Part shown: one piece after another, positions 1 through 12,964 of the stretch
Position numbering within the stretch: position 1 is the first letter of the stretch
Layout of the letters: the number at the start of each line of letters is the position of its first letter
Source: Eledone cirrhosa
Lineage: Eukaryota
Assembly (NCBI GenBank): GCA_964016885.1
Contig: OZ024742.1
Location: 20,522,001-20,586,000, forward strand
Length of the DNA: 64,000 nucleotides
Direction of reading: 5' to 3'
Notes under the pieces: model-generated
What the model saw: the letters and a program-made list of their open reading frames with translations, nothing else
What the model was told of the DNA's origin: nothing
The model's database searches: none
Translations under genes and position numbers: made by a program

Positions 1-77
1 AATTAACGAAGGATAATTTGATCCATCTCACGAATTATTTTATTATTGTATTTATTTTTTATCCAAAAGTGAAACAC

Positions 78-660
78 CTTCATAGGCTGACCAAGATACT
101 CTCATGGAATGACCAAATGAGGTTTATTTCTCAACATAATCCCTAGAAAGAAACAAAGCAGTTATTAATAAGATTTGAAGTGAATACATACAAGATTTCA
201 CAACCCTAACTTCGCTACTTCATAGGCTGACCAAGATACTCTCAAGGAAATACCAAATGAGGTTTATTTCTCAACATAATTCCTAGAAAGAAACAATGCA
301 GTAATTTAATAAGAACAGTTTTAATGAATGCATACAAGATTTCACAGCTCTAGCATCACTCCTTCATAGGCTGACCAAGATACTGTCATGGAATGACTAA
401 ATGAGGTTTATTTTTCAATATAGTCCCTGAAAAAAAACAATGCAGTTAATCATAAGAAGAGTTGGAATGAATATATGCAAGATTTCACAGCTCTAGCATC
501 ACTCCTTCATTGGTTGACCAAGATACTCTCATGGAATGACCAAATGAGGTTTATTTTTCAACATAATCCCCAGAAAGAACCAATGCAGTTATTAATAAGA
601 AAAGTTGAAATGAATGCATGCAAGCAAGATTTCACAGCTCTAACATCACTCCTTTATAGT
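78..660. repeat. Degenerate tandem repeat, unit ~140-146 bp, ~4 copies
   Basis: CTTCATAGGCTGACCAAGATACTCTCATGGAATGACCAAATGAGG-like motif recurs at ~78, 218, 362 and 505. A related monomer lies at ~42961-43110. Confidence 0.85.
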
Positions 661-1622
661 CAACTTATAAACTTTTCATCCGACCCTCGTATATCTGTTG
701 GTGTACATCCTATAATGATATGGGTTACCTAATAATGTTATTGTTGCAGTTATTGCTGTATATCTGTGTTATTACTGTATGTTTATCAGAACTGACGATG
801 TTGCTGTTCAGATGATTGATGTCTCCATGAGTTCAAATATAGCAATGTTTTATAAAAGTGTCAACGATTAGCAAACACAGCTAATGTCACCATAATTGAA
901 AATACTGAAAGTTGAGTTGGTTTGGGCTTTGTTTTTTGTTTTTTGTTTTGTTTTGTTTTTAGTTTTGATTTTTGTTTTGGGGGGGGGGTATTTGATGTCC
1001 TTTATTGGGGGGTGCTTTTTTTTTTTTTTTTTTTCTTACCATGAAGAGAATGTACAAATATATCGCGAAATATTTCCACCAAGATTTATTGATTATGGGA
1101 GGAACTTCTGTAGAATCTAACAAAATTCTTTGAAATATCATTCATCGATATTTTTTTCTTTTGATTTTTTTTTTCTATTCTTTTAAGTTTACTTCTTTTT
1201 GTTAGTTGAACCACAATTTCTATTGTTCCTCTCGTGGAATCTGTTCCAATTCTTCTGACTGTGTCGTTTACTTGTCGGTAACCTTTGTGAAGTAGGTTTT
1301 AATTCTGTATTGTAGTACGCAAATGCTAGAAGTAAACTACTTTCCTTTGAGAAATCAACACCTGTGGCAAATTGAACCGATCTCTACGTCATGATATCTA
1401 TGTGATACTAATTTTATATCCTATGTGAAGTGAAGGGCATATAACTCGTGTGTGAGATTCTCATGTGGTAACGTGTGTTGGCAACCCAGTTTCTTTTCAT
1501 AGTGAAAACCTTTCAATACACGTTGTTGATATTCTTAAAGGAGATTTACACCACCCCAAAGCCTCAGTTATTGCTTCCCCTCTATAAATTTAAAGGTTTT
1601 GTGCCTAATTAATCTTCAGAAT

Positions 1623-1775
1623 AGCCGGCGAATTGGCAGAATTAGAACATCGGATGGAATGTTTGGCGGTATTCGTTCCGGCTCTCTTCGCTCTGAGTTC
1701 AAATCCCACTAAAGTCAACTTATATATTTTCGTGGTCAATAAAATAAAACTACTAGCTCAGTATTGGGATCGATT
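1623..1775 (+). mobile_element. tRNA-derived SINE (family A), diverged
   Basis: A-box-like TTGGCAGAATTAG, B-box-like GAGTTCAAATCCC, and a body similar to the other family A copies. Confidence 0.7.
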
Positions 1776-1798
1776 CTTCCTCTATTCTCCCTCTCTTC

Positions 1799-1862
<64 letters not shown>

Positions 1863-1867
<5 letters not shown>

Positions 1868-2021
1868 AAAATAGTCAGGACCCCGACGGCTGAGCTCCGG
1901 CCGTTTCGACAGGCCGGAGCTCAGCCGTCGGGGTCCTGACTCTTTTCCTATTACCCACTCTACTACCCATAGTATCAAGTACTCTGGTGCGTTATGGTCC
2001 ACTTGGTTCTTTACCATACTT
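1863..2021. mobile_element. Short fold-back remnant in (TA)n carrying the 3' half of a hammerhead
   Basis: ~40-bp inverted repeat (1863-1902 / 1912-1951, one mismatch). The minus strand reads GAAAC-GGC...GCC-GTC-GGGGT (stem III plus GUC site). Confidence 0.6.
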
Positions 2022-2962
2022 ATATATAATATATATATATATATAACACTCTCTCTCTCCACTGGAAGAAATTGACTCTGCACATACCTGGTGGGGTGGG
2101 TAAAAAACGCAAGGCTCCATCAGAAGATACGGGCCCATACACACATATAATCCTTAGACATTCCAATCAAGAACCACCTGTAAAAGAACATTGGATACAT
2201 CATGTCTATCTATCTATGGACGGACCTGTAACACCTGGGGGGTGTCGTAGAGGGGTGACAAAATGACATACGGCGTCTCTGGGGAATTTTGAAACCTGGC
2301 GGAGCCCATTCCCTCTCTAGGTCTGAATACAGCAGATTTCTTCCAGAAATGTCCTCGGTACTAGACTCCTACTTTGTTATCGATCTTAAATAGATGAAAG
2401 GTAAAATTTGGTTTCGATAAATTATTTACTGTTCTATAAAATCCTGAATATAAAGAGAAATAATACATAGAAATATATTTTGATGTCTCACTGTAAAATA
2501 AATCTTGTGAGTGTGTTGGATCTCGATGATGAGCGTCCCTGTTATTTAAACAACGGAATAGTCTGTTCGTCAAATCAACGTGCTAGTGGATGAGCATTCC
2601 ATATCTACAGGTATATGTACCTTAACGCAGTTCTCAGGGAGATTCAACATGAAACACTGTGTGACAAGACTAGCCCTTTGAATTACATGTACAAGTAATT
2701 TTGACCAGCTGAGTGGACTAAAGCAACGGGAAATATTTTTCTAGTTAAATGATACAATACACCACTAGGAATCCTTGTGGGTATATTACATCTTCTCAGC
2801 AAAATAGTTTCAGAACAAGTTTCTGACTCCTCACCCCTCATCAGGGATAGTTTTGTTTTATCTGTGAATCTAACTGTGTTATGGTCTACTAGTATTGTCA
2901 TATCAGACAGACCAGCAAATTAAGTAGGAGAGATGCGTTTAATTTGAACCTCATTATTTAAC

Positions 2963-3144
2963 TGGATTGGCAGTATCGGTAGAGGGTCGGACGCCATGCT
3001 TTGCAGCAAAGAGTTACGGCCCTTTATGGTCTGAGTTCAAATCCCGCCGAGGTTAACTTTGCCTTTCATCCTTACGGGGTCGATAAAATAGAGTACCTAT
3101 AATACACTGGAATAATTGCTGGCCTTGTGCCAAAAGTAGAAACA
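2963..3144 (+). mobile_element. SINE family A with target-site duplication, nested in an older minus-strand SINE
   Basis: TGGATTGGCAGTATCGG...GAGTTCAAATCCCGCCGAGG...AGTAGAAACA, flanked by ATTATTTAAC at 2953-2962 and 3145-3154. Confidence 0.8.
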
Positions 3145-3867
3145 ATTATTTAACTGGTACTTTATTTTATCGATCTTGGAAAGATGAAAAGCAAAATCGA
3201 CTCCTGTGGGACTTGAACTCAAGACATAAACGAACAGTCAAAGCAGTCGTTGAACATGCATCAAACAAAGCCTGATAACTACTTATCTAGTTCTATTAGA
3301 TGTCTTATTTATTTCTATAGAAAGTTGTTTCTTTTCTCTGTGGTGCTCTTTCCATAAATAATATATAAATGTACAGCACTGACACCATAAATAACAAAGT
3401 ATCTCCAGTGTTTAGCGAATTGTCATTCATGTAGATCTACAGTTTCTCAACATCTGATGATTTAAAGTGCTAAAACCATCTTCGGTATTAGTTTAAAACA
3501 AAACAACGTCTAGCTTCTGTTCTTTTCTAAATAAATCAATGTCACTTTTTCAATACATCATGGAAAATAAGATTTACAATAAAGTTCCGTCTTGTTCAAT
3601 AAGAAACACTCGTCTTATCATCTAAATAGTGTACTATTATTCACTAACCTTCTTTGTATGTCATTGTGTTCTGTTAAAAACTTCGGGTTTTTTTTATGTA
3701 TTCCGATGACTATATTAACTTTTCTTTCGAAGATGTCTCGAAATATAGATAAGCTTGTAACGGATTTATCATACGTTATACAGCTTCCTAGGTTTTGCTT
3801 TCCATTTTAGCTGATGGAACAAGAATTAAACGACAATGCTAGTTAACTGCCATGCATGTTTTTGTGT

Positions 3868-4185
3868 GAAGGCATGTGGCTTTGTGGTTAGGGTATTCAA
3901 CTCGCGATCGTAATCTCATGAGTTCCATTCCCGGCTGCGCGCTATTTCCCTCACCAAAACACTTTATTTCACGTTGCACAGCTGGCAAAAATGAGTTCTA
4001 TTTCTAATTCAAATGAACAGACTTGTCGCATTTTGTGTCACGCTGAATCCTCCTGAGAACTACGTTAAAGGTACGAGTGTTTGTGGAATGATCAGCCACT
4101 TGCATGTTTTTTCACGAGCAGGATGTTCTGTTGATCGTATCAAAAGGAATACTCATCGTCGTAACCGACGGAGTGCCACTACATA
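3868..4185 (+). mobile_element. tRNA-derived SINE (family B)
   Basis: tRNA-like head GAAGGCATGTGGCTTTGTGGTTAGG...GAGTTCCATTCCCGG. The core ACACTTTATTTCACGTTGC is shared with many copies in the window. Confidence 0.75.
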
Positions 4186-5009
4186 TGTCGTATATATCTG
4201 ACTATAAGAGTTTTTTTTTCCATGCGTAGTAATATGTTGACGTTCATATCTTTTAATTCTATATTTACCATATTTTCATTGGAATATATATATATTCGGT
4301 TTTTTTTTTTTTACATCAAACTACCTTTTATATTCTGTATCTATCCTTTGTGATCCTGTCTATATTTTTTGTACTCCTGAAGAAGAACTAAAGCCCCACA
4401 CGTCGGAATTTCTTTCCATTTTCCCATATAAAAAGTGAAACTAATAAGATCTGTTTTGTCGTTTCCTTGAACTATATCTAAACTATAATAAAGTAAGAAG
4501 TTGGTTTAATTGACTTTGCTTTCTCCAAATAATGTTGGCCTTGTGGCAAAATCAGAAACCATTTTATCGATGCCATTTTATTTCTGCGAACGCTGTCGAA
4601 GTTTTTTTTTTAATCGACAATGACTAATATTGCTTTTAAGTTGCTTCTTCTGGCACTTTCTATAATTCGTCTGAAAGCAACTGAGGTGGTTAATTATGAT
4701 GGCGTAAAGCTATATTGATTTGGTCCTTGGTGAGGGTTAAGATATGGCGGAATTCTATGTGGTGTCCTGATAATTGGGAGCCCCTAAAGAATAAATGCAA
4801 AGTCGACCCTAGTTAAATATAAACTATTAAATTATGTACAGATATGTAACCAAACACCACAAATTTATTTTGTCCAGTGCTTCAATTCAACTGTTTCTTC
4901 TCGCAAACTGTAAAGATGCATGGTTTAGTGGTACACAATTGTAAGGTCGTGAGGTAGATTCTCGGCGGCGTGTTGTGTCCTTGAATAAATCACTATATTT
5001 CACATTGTT

Positions 5010-5330
5010 GATTCATCGTTGAGACCGACAGCGATCCATTAATTTTATTAGCATGTTAAGCGAACATACATGGAATACTCATCGTTAACATCGGCGGGGT
5101 CCCTTAATTTTATTAGCAGGTTAAGCGAACATCCATGGAATACTCATCGTTGACATCGACGGGGATCCATTAATTTAATTAGCAGGCTTTTCCGTTCAGC
5201 GCGAACACCCATAGAACATTCATCGTTGACATTGATGGAGATCCATTTAATTAGCAGCTTTTTCGTTGAGCGCGAATATCCATGAACACTCACCGTCGAC
5301 AGTGACGGAGGTCCAATACTTCACAACTCA
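5010..5330. repeat. Degenerate tandem repeat (~65-75 bp, ~5 copies), apparently derived from a SINE 3' end
   Basis: Recurring GGAATACTCATCGTTGACATCGACGGGGATCCATTAATT-like units that resemble the family B tail. Confidence 0.6.
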
Positions 5331-5781
5331 TTAAATCTGCTTTGCTATGGAATTGGCATGCTTCCATGATTTCACTCTTTCTATCCAAGAGGACAGTTCT
5401 AGGAGTTGATGAGAATACAATAATGTTTAAACGTTAAACCAACAAAACAATTTAGAACGGCCCGAAGCAAAGCTGGCACCAAATACAGAGATCTATGTCA
5501 TACTTATTCTAAACTTAACATTTTCTAGCCTCTCCTTCCTTGACATTAAGTGTTTTTGGCAAAATCTTTCAGTTAATAGAATTCCAATAAAAATGACCAA
5601 TATTCGGTTCTTAAAAAAAAACATTTCTATAGGGAAGTTGTCCAAGAAATATATTTCGCGTTCAAAGTATTAACTTCTAATTCAGATTTGACGAGAGTCA
5701 GATATGATAAACACATACACACACACAAATAAACATACATATACACATACGTACATAGACACATACATACAGATTCAGGCA

Positions 5782-5843
<62 letters not shown>

Positions 5844-5989
5844 TATATACACACACATATACCCGTACACACACACATATCATACATACATAAATACACA
5901 GATACACACACACACATATATATACATACATATACATTCATACATACTTATAAACATACACACACACAAACACATACATACTTACTTAT

Positions 5990-6020
<31 letters not shown>

Positions 6021-6329
6021 CATCCATACATACATAGAGAGAGGGGGAGAAAGAGAGAGATAGGAAGATAAAGAGATGGAGATCAATGTCTATACGGAAG
6101 TGAATTGATACATTTTTAAGTTTACATATTCAGCGAGAGTTCAATCGCTGGTTTAAGCGGAACGAGAAAATGTCATCAAATGTAGAAGAATAACTATGTG
6201 AGTGTTGTGGACATGAACGATGGAATGAGAACAAACTACCCCGTGATTTTAATAAGAGAGCCCGATTCGACATTCCCCCATCTAGGAAAGGACTATTCCA
6301 GCAGTGGAGCAGGTGGTCTTCCGATGGGT

Positions 6330-6645
6330 CTTTGGAGTAACGTTACTCGATAGAGTACATAGCTCTAAGATCAGAGAGTTGCTCCAGGTAGAGTCGTTAA
6401 ATCTCTAAATTGAGAGATCATAGCTTCGATATTACGGACATGTGATCAGAATGTCTCCGGAAAGAATCGACAGATTTTTCAGGCCAGGTGGTTGAATAAC
6501 ATCCATCAGCTCGGCTAGGCTTGCTTGAGGGATCCAACCGGATCAATTAGAAATGGTTGGTTCTGACAGGTCCCACTGGAAGGAATGTTTTAAGATTCTG
6601 CCCCCACGACCTTCTCAGGACTAAGTAGGCAAAGAAGAAGAATTT
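6330..6645 (+). mobile_element. RTE-clade LINE 3' fragment
   Basis: Similar to 38840-39170 and 56400-56665 (GAGAGATCATAGCTTCGATATTACGGACATGTG), with a short (GAA)n tail. Confidence 0.65.
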
Positions 6646-7044
6646 TAGTCAGCCTATGAACTTTCCACAGATCCTCGTAAATGTATCCTGAGTTCAAATC
6701 CCACTGAATTAAACGAAGACTTTGCCTTGGAACCTTTCGGATTCAATAAATCTAAGGATGTTGAATTGATAAAATAGTTAAACAGTCAAACTGTGCTGTA
6801 TCAGTTCCGTTTCTGTACGTTCTGAGTTGAAATGTTACCGGAAAGTAGCGACACTTCTGTCAGGAATTGCAACCAACAGATAGCATCAGCAATAGAAACA
6901 TAATTTCTTTAATCTCATCTGATGATCGGTTCCTTCCGAATTGTTTTAATCAACAGTAAAGCTCTTCCCTAGCTTTAGGATGTGATGGCAAGTGGTGACA
7001 TTTGTCTTTGCTTTCATTTCATGAAATATGTTGTTATGTGTGTC

Positions 7045-7121
<77 letters not shown>

Positions 7122-7303
7122 TTATCATTATTACGGCTAAAAAGTGAGTCTTGTTACTGTGGAGTTTCGCCAAGAACTAACGCTTCAATGGTAGACACAA
7201 TATATATAAGGAAGGCTTGGGGTGGAGTAAGGAGGTACTAATAATAGAGAAGGGGCAATTATGATTGGAATGGACAGGGTGGTGATTGCAACAAGACATA
7301 TAG

Positions 7304-7473
7304 AATAATTGTTTCTACTTTTGGGCACAAGGCCAGCAATTATCCCAGTACATTACTGGTACTTTATTTTATCGACCCCGTAAGGATGGAAGGCAAAGTT
7401 AACCTCGGCGGGAATTGAACTCAAATCGTAAAGGGACGTAACTATGCTGGAAAGCATATCCGACCCTCTACTA
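7304..7473 (-). mobile_element. SINE family A
   Basis: Reverse complement of the copy at 2963-3144. Confidence 0.8.
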
Positions 7474-7947
7474 ATAATAATAATGAGTAGAAAAGAAGTT
7501 TTATATATATATATATATATAGAGAAAATTGAGGTTGGTAATGGCACATGGAATATATAAGAGACAGAATACTTTTTTGTGAAAAAACATAATTTTATAA
7601 GGTAAGGAAATAATAAAGGGTATAAAAAATGACCGGTTTCTATGGGTCTGCAAAAGCCATCTTTTCAAATGTTGATTAATATTAAGAAAAATTAATAATA
7701 CGAAGAGTTAAAATTTGAGACTTGAAAATTCAAGTATAAAATTCATTGTGGGATTTCATAGCAGTTTTCATCTAGGTAGCAACAACAGGTTGACTGCTGT
7801 GTCCCTTTCTGGTAGTGAATGAGAAGTTATTTGGGGTGTGGGTTATTTTATAAAGGTCAGATTTAGCAATAGCCAGCTGCTGGTCAGTGAGGGGGTGGAA
7901 GCAATATACACACACATATACCTTCATCCACACATACATACACATAC

Positions 7948-7994
<47 letters not shown>

Positions 7995-8063
7995 CACACA
8001 TACATACACACACACATACATATACATACACACATACACACACACACACATATATATACACAT

Positions 8064-8116
<53 letters not shown>

Positions 8117-8147
8117 TATATATACATACACATACATCCAGATACAC

Positions 8148-8195
<48 letters not shown>

Positions 8196-8735
8196 ACACA
8201 TACATACACACACACATATATATATACATACACACATACAAACATACACACACACACACACACACATATATATACACACATACACACACATATATATACA
8301 CACACACACACACATGCATATATATATATATATACACATACGCATACATCCAGATACCCACATACATACACACACACACACACACGCACACACAATACAT
8401 ACATCCACATGCACACACATACTCACACACACACACACACACATACATACACCCACACACAGAGAAATGGCCTTCAAATATATATATATATATATATACA
8501 TACAGACACATATATTTTTTCCATAATATAAGAAGTTGGGGCAGTGAAATTAAAATAATTCTGTGTGCGCATATATATATAGATATACGTGTGTGCACGT
8601 GCAGGGTTTAACATGGATGTGTTGGTCACACAAAGGCATGGTCTGTCAATGAATAAACCTGATTCTACAGAATTGGTCTCTGGTCTTTAATAGTAGTGAT
8701 TCCGTGCGTATGTGTGTTTATATTTTATGACAATT

Positions 8736-10967
8736 CTATTGGGGTGATAACCCGTTTAGTTTTGGTTTAAATTTGTTAAGGAATAGATTTTCTTTGTTTA
8801 TTCTTTGTTGTTGTGTGAACGAATCTGAGCACTTGTAGAAGGGGAAGATTTTAAAGTTGGGTAGTGTCATTCCTGCGCAGTTCGCAATATGGCTGCTCAA
8901 GGGGATTTTTCTTGTGTTAGCGTCCCGGATTTGTTGGCGGTGGATGGTCATTCTTTTGCGTAATGAGGTGCCCGTCTGTCCTATGTAGTTGTGTTTGCAC
9001 CCACCGCAAGTTATTGCGTAAATCAAGTTCTCCGAGTTGCAGGTGAAATTGTTTTTTACTGTAAATGTTTGGCCATCTTTGAATGTAAATGTTTGTCCTT
9101 CAGTGAGGTAGAGGCACGTTCCACAGTTTGTTCTACCACATTTGGTAACTGTAGGGTTGAGGTTTGGTTTGGGTATATTTGGTCCAGTGAGAATGCGTTT
9201 AAGTGATTTGGGTTGTCTTTTACTTTTAAGGATCTTGTGTGTTTCAAGAATAGACTTCATTTTTACATCTTTAAGTAGGATGGGGAGGTTTTTGTGTAGG
9301 TGATCAAACATTTCGGTATTTCTGGGGTTGAAAGTGGATACATATGGCAGGGTGTTGAGTGTGGTTTTCTGTTTTGGATTGTTAAGTTGATGGGGATTTA
9401 GGTGTTTTGCCCTGTCTATTCCATTGTTGATTATTTCAAGTGGAAAGGCTCTTAAGATAAGGGTGTCTTTTAGTTCCTTTAGTCTTTGCTCCCGTTTAGG
9501 TGGATCTGATACTATGGTACATATACGTTTGGCCAAATTGTAAGGAATGTTAAGTTTTGTATGTTTTGGGTGACTTGATGTGAAAAAGAGGTATTGCTTG
9601 GAATCTGTGGGTTTATAGAATATATCTGTATCTAATTTCCCGTCTATTACAGAGATGAGAATATCCAAGAAGGCTAATTCCTTAGGATTGGATTCCATTG
9701 TGAATTGTATGTTATTATCTATGTTGTTTATCATGTTTTTAAACGTAGTAAGTGAGTTCATGTCTTCTTGCCATAGGATAAAGCAGTCGTCTAGATATCT
9801 TTTCCAATTGGCTTTGAGGTGTGTGTGGAAAGAGTCTCCAAATAAGAGAAGGGACTGACTGTATATTTGTTGTTCATGGAATCCCATGACTAGGTTGGCA
9901 TATGTGGGTGCTACTTTCGTGCCCATTGCCGTACCTGATACTTGTCTGTATGTTGAACCATTGAATGTGAAGTAGTTATTTTGTAGGATAAAGCGGAGTC
10001 CGTCAGTGATAAAATCTGTGTTGATGCGTGTCGGTATTTCTGATGGGTGTGTGTTAAGCCAGTATTGGACTGCTGTTATTCCATAGTTGTGAGGTATGTT
10101 TGTGTAGAGGTTTATTACGTCAAAGGAGACAAGAATTGTATTTGCACTTACTGTTTTAGGGAGGTGTTTCAGCATGTCAAGGTCATCTCGTATGTAGCTC
10201 TGTATATGTTGTAGAAAGGGTTTCAGTAGGATGTCCAGAAAGTTGCTAAGTCTGTGGGTTTCACATGTAGGGCCTGCTATAATTGGCCTGAGTTTTAGGT
10301 CTTCTGGTGGTGTTAGTTCAATGTAATTGTTGGTTGAGGTGTCACATGCATCGTTTATGGGTTTACATTTGTGAAGTTTCGGTAAGCCGTAAAAAGAGCT
10401 TGTATTGCATTTGAAGTGGCTTATATAGTTAAACTCTTTTGTGGTTAAGCTGTTGCGGTATTTATTCAGTAAGGTCAAAAGGTTCCCCATTGTTTTGGTG
10501 TGTTTGTAGTTTTCTGTTTTTTCATAGTATGTGTTGTTTTCTAAAATGTTAAGTGCGAGGGTCCTATAGTAGTCCGTATTCATAATCACAACAGTACTGC
10601 CTTTATCGGCTTCTTTGATAGTTATCTCAGGGTTGTTTCTAAGTGTGAATAATTCTTCCCATTCGTGTGTAGATAGGTTTGATTTCGTGTGTTTATTTGT
10701 AATTGTTTCATAGGGAAAGTTGGTGATGTGTTCGCAGTACGTGTCCAGTGCTTTATTTCTTCCCTTTTGTGGGCAGAAATTGCTTTTATTTCTAACCAGT
10801 GATTCGTCTTCAGTGTTGGTGTCGTTGTGGAAGAATTCCGTTAGTCGCAGCTTTCGGCAGTATTCCATGATGTCATCCTTCATTTCGGGGAAGTTTGGTT
10901 TACGTGGTGTAGGTGTAAATTTCAGGCCCTTACTTAAAATGTTGATTTGTGTGTTGGTTAGAGGTGT
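8736..10967 (-). CDS. PLE reverse transcriptase + GIY-YIG endonuclease (Neptune type); N-terminus truncated
   Basis: Motifs IKEADKG, FYGLPKLHK, LRPIIAG, SFDVINLYTNIP, GTAMGTKVAP, RYLDD, linker KCGRTNCGTC, and NLIYAITCGGC...YIGQT. The frame stays open upstream of Met 10883 (ILSKGLKFTPTP) up to the inversion junction. Confidence 0.93.
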   Translation of the reverse strand, partial: TPLTNTQINILSKGLKFTPTPRKPNFPEMKDDIMEYCRKLRLTEFFHNDTNTEDESLVRNKSNFCPQKGRNKALDTYCEHITNFPYETITNKHTKSNLSTHEWEELFTLRNNPEITIKEADKGSTVVIMNTDYYRTLALNILENNTYYEKTENYKHTKTMGNLLTLLNKYRNSLTTKEFNYISHFKCNTSSFYGLPKLHKCKPINDACDTSTNNYIELTPPEDLKLRPIIAGPTCETHRLSNFLDILLKPFLQHIQSYIRDDLDMLKHLPKTVSANTILVSFDVINLYTNIPHNYGITAVQYWLNTHPSEIPTRINTDFITDGLRFILQNNYFTFNGSTYRQVSGTAMGTKVAPTYANLVMGFHEQQIYSQSLLLFGDSFHTHLKANWKRYLDDCFILWQEDMNSLTTFKNMINNIDNNIQFTMESNPKELAFLDILISVIDGKLDTDIFYKPTDSKQYLFFTSSHPKHTKLNIPYNLAKRICTIVSDPPKREQRLKELKDTLILRAFPLEIINNGIDRAKHLNPHQLNNPKQKTTLNTLPYVSTFNPRNTEMFDHLHKNLPILLKDVKMKSILETHKILKSKRQPKSLKRILTGPNIPKPNLNPTVTKCGRTNCGTCLYLTEGQTFTFKDGQTFTVKNNFTCNSENLIYAITCGGCKHNYIGQTGTSLRKRMTIHRQQIRDANTRKIPLSSHIANCAGMTLPNFKIFPFYKCSDSFTQQQRINKENLFLNKFKPKLNGLSPQ

Positions 10968-11304
10968 CTTATATTATGGAAAAAATATATGTGTCTGTAT
11001 GTATATATATATATATATATATTTGAAGGCCATTTCTCTGTGTGTGGGTGTATGTATGTGTGTGTGTGTGTGTGTGAGTATGTGTGTGCATGTGGATGTA
11101 TGTATTGTGTGTGCGTGTGTGTGTGTGTGTGTATGTATGTGGGTATCTGGATGTATGCGTATGTGTATATATATATATATATGCATGTGTGTGTGTGTGT
11201 GTATATATATGTGTGTGTATGTGTGTATATATATGTGTGTGTGTGTGTGTGTGTATGTTTGTATGTGTGTATGTATATATATATGTGTGTGTGTATGTAT
11301 GTGT

Positions 11305-11346
<42 letters not shown>

Positions 11347-11377
11347 GTGTATCTGGATGTATGTGTATGTATATATA

Positions 11378-11430
<53 letters not shown>

Positions 11431-11499
11431 ATGTGTATATATATGTGTGTGTGTGTGTATGTGTGTATGTATATGTATGTGTGTGTGTATGTATGTGTG

Positions 11500-11548
<49 letters not shown>

Positions 11549-11822
11549 GTATGTGTATGTATGTGTGGATGAAGGTATATGTGTGTGTATATTGCTTCCA
11601 CCCCCTCACTGACCAGCAGCTGGCTATTGCTAAATCTGACCTTTATAAAATAACCCACACCCCAAATAACTTCTCATTCACTACCAGAAAGGGACACAGC
11701 AGTCAACCTGTTGTTGCTACCTAGATGAAAACTGCTATGAAATCCCACAATGAATTTTATACTTGAATTTTCAAGTCTCAAATTTTAACTCTTCGTATTA
11801 TTAATTTTTCTTAATATTAATC

Positions 11823-11870
11823 AACATTTGAAAAGATGGCTTTTGCAGACCCATCGAAACCGGTCATTTT
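11823..11870 (+). ncRNA. Putative minimal type I hammerhead with U3:A8 core, in the Neptune pLTR
   Basis: AACAT-TTGAAAA-GATGG..CCATC-GAAA-CCGG-TC-ATTTT. Palindromic stem III, GUC site, weak stem I. The mirror copy near 7626-7673 has a C>A change at the base of stem II. Confidence 0.55.
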
Positions 11871-12234
11871 TTATACCCTTTATTATTTCCTTACCTTATA
11901 AAATTATGTTTTTTCACAAAAAAGTATTCTGTCTCTTATATATTCCATGTGCCATTACCAACCTCAATTTTCTCTATAACCTTCGTTTTGTGTAGAAAAT
12001 TACACTTTTCATATATATATATATATATATATTGTCATATTTTCCTGAGTCAGTTTCTCGTTGCTTTGGTCACTGTGGCTGGCTTACCGGTCGCTGTCTT
12101 CAATTTGCAAAGCTGTCTAAACGTAATGTTATCTCTAAGGTAAAATACCTTATTGAGTGCTTAGCTGCACATTCCCATTCCAATTGCATTCGTTAGCTCA
12201 GCTGCAGCCAGAGCTTCGATTATGCTGTACTTCC

Positions 12235-12299
<65 letters not shown>

Positions 12300-12351
12300 C
12301 GTTAAGGGTGAAAGCAGCGATTCTTTGCTTAAACTTTAATATGTTATTTTA

Positions 12352-12383
<32 letters not shown>

Positions 12384-12667
12384 CCTTGTGTCATTAAGGG
12401 ACGTGAGAAAGGGTGCTCAATCCTAAAGTAGAGTTTAAATATTATTATATTCTTTTTTTTTCGACTGGTGAGCCATAATAAATGAATATTTAAATCTACT
12501 TCGGTATATTTGTCCAACTCTCGCTAGCAGACAAAAACGGACGTTAAATGATGATGTATGTGTGAGTGTATAATATGTGTGTATTTGAAATATAAGAACA
12601 ATTTATAAAATTATAATAACACAATGAATTTGTATATTTAATGTTCTATGTGAGTGTGTGTGTATTT

Positions 12668-12964
12668 AAGTATGAATGCAAGGCACCCATCAGTCACTAA
12701 TGGCGATGGTTTTGCACCTAGAAAGATTCCCTCCAAGCCTGGGAAAGGTTTGTATGTAGAAGACCAGCAGTCACCCATGCATACTAGTCTCACCTCTCCA
12801 CCAATGTTGTCCAAGGGAAAGGCAATGGCTGATACAGCTGAGTGAACTGAAACAACGTGAAATAAAGTGTCCCAAGGACACAATACATCACCCGGTCCGA
12901 AAATCGAATTCACCACCTCTCAATTCCAAGTCCAACGCTCTAGCCACTAAGCCATGCGCCTTCT
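12668..12964 (-). mobile_element. SINE family B variant
   Basis: Reverse complement of the tRNA head (CCACTAAGCCATGCGCCTTC) and core (CAGCTGAGTGAACTG...AAATAAAGTGTC). Confidence 0.75.

Larger units (their letters stand above)
7518..11978 (-). mobile_element. Neptune-type Penelope-like retroelement, 5'-truncated, with inverted pLTR
   Basis: RT/GIY-YIG ORF. 7518-8533 is repeated in inverted orientation at 10967-11978, and the left end abuts (TA)n. Confidence 0.92.

Noticed and set aside
2062-2346. Possible MITE bounded by CTGGAAGAAAT/ATTTCTTCCAG
   Set aside because: Only an 11-bp inverted repeat, no TSD and no second copy in the window
2808-2848. CTGATGA...GAAAC on the minus strand (similar partial cores at ~4378 and ~6920)
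   Set aside because: Stems I and II do not pair convincingly or GAAA is broken; at most decayed HHR remnants
3868-3945. tRNA-like A/B boxes here and at many other loci
   Set aside because: These are SINE heads joined to SINE bodies; no complete cloverleaf
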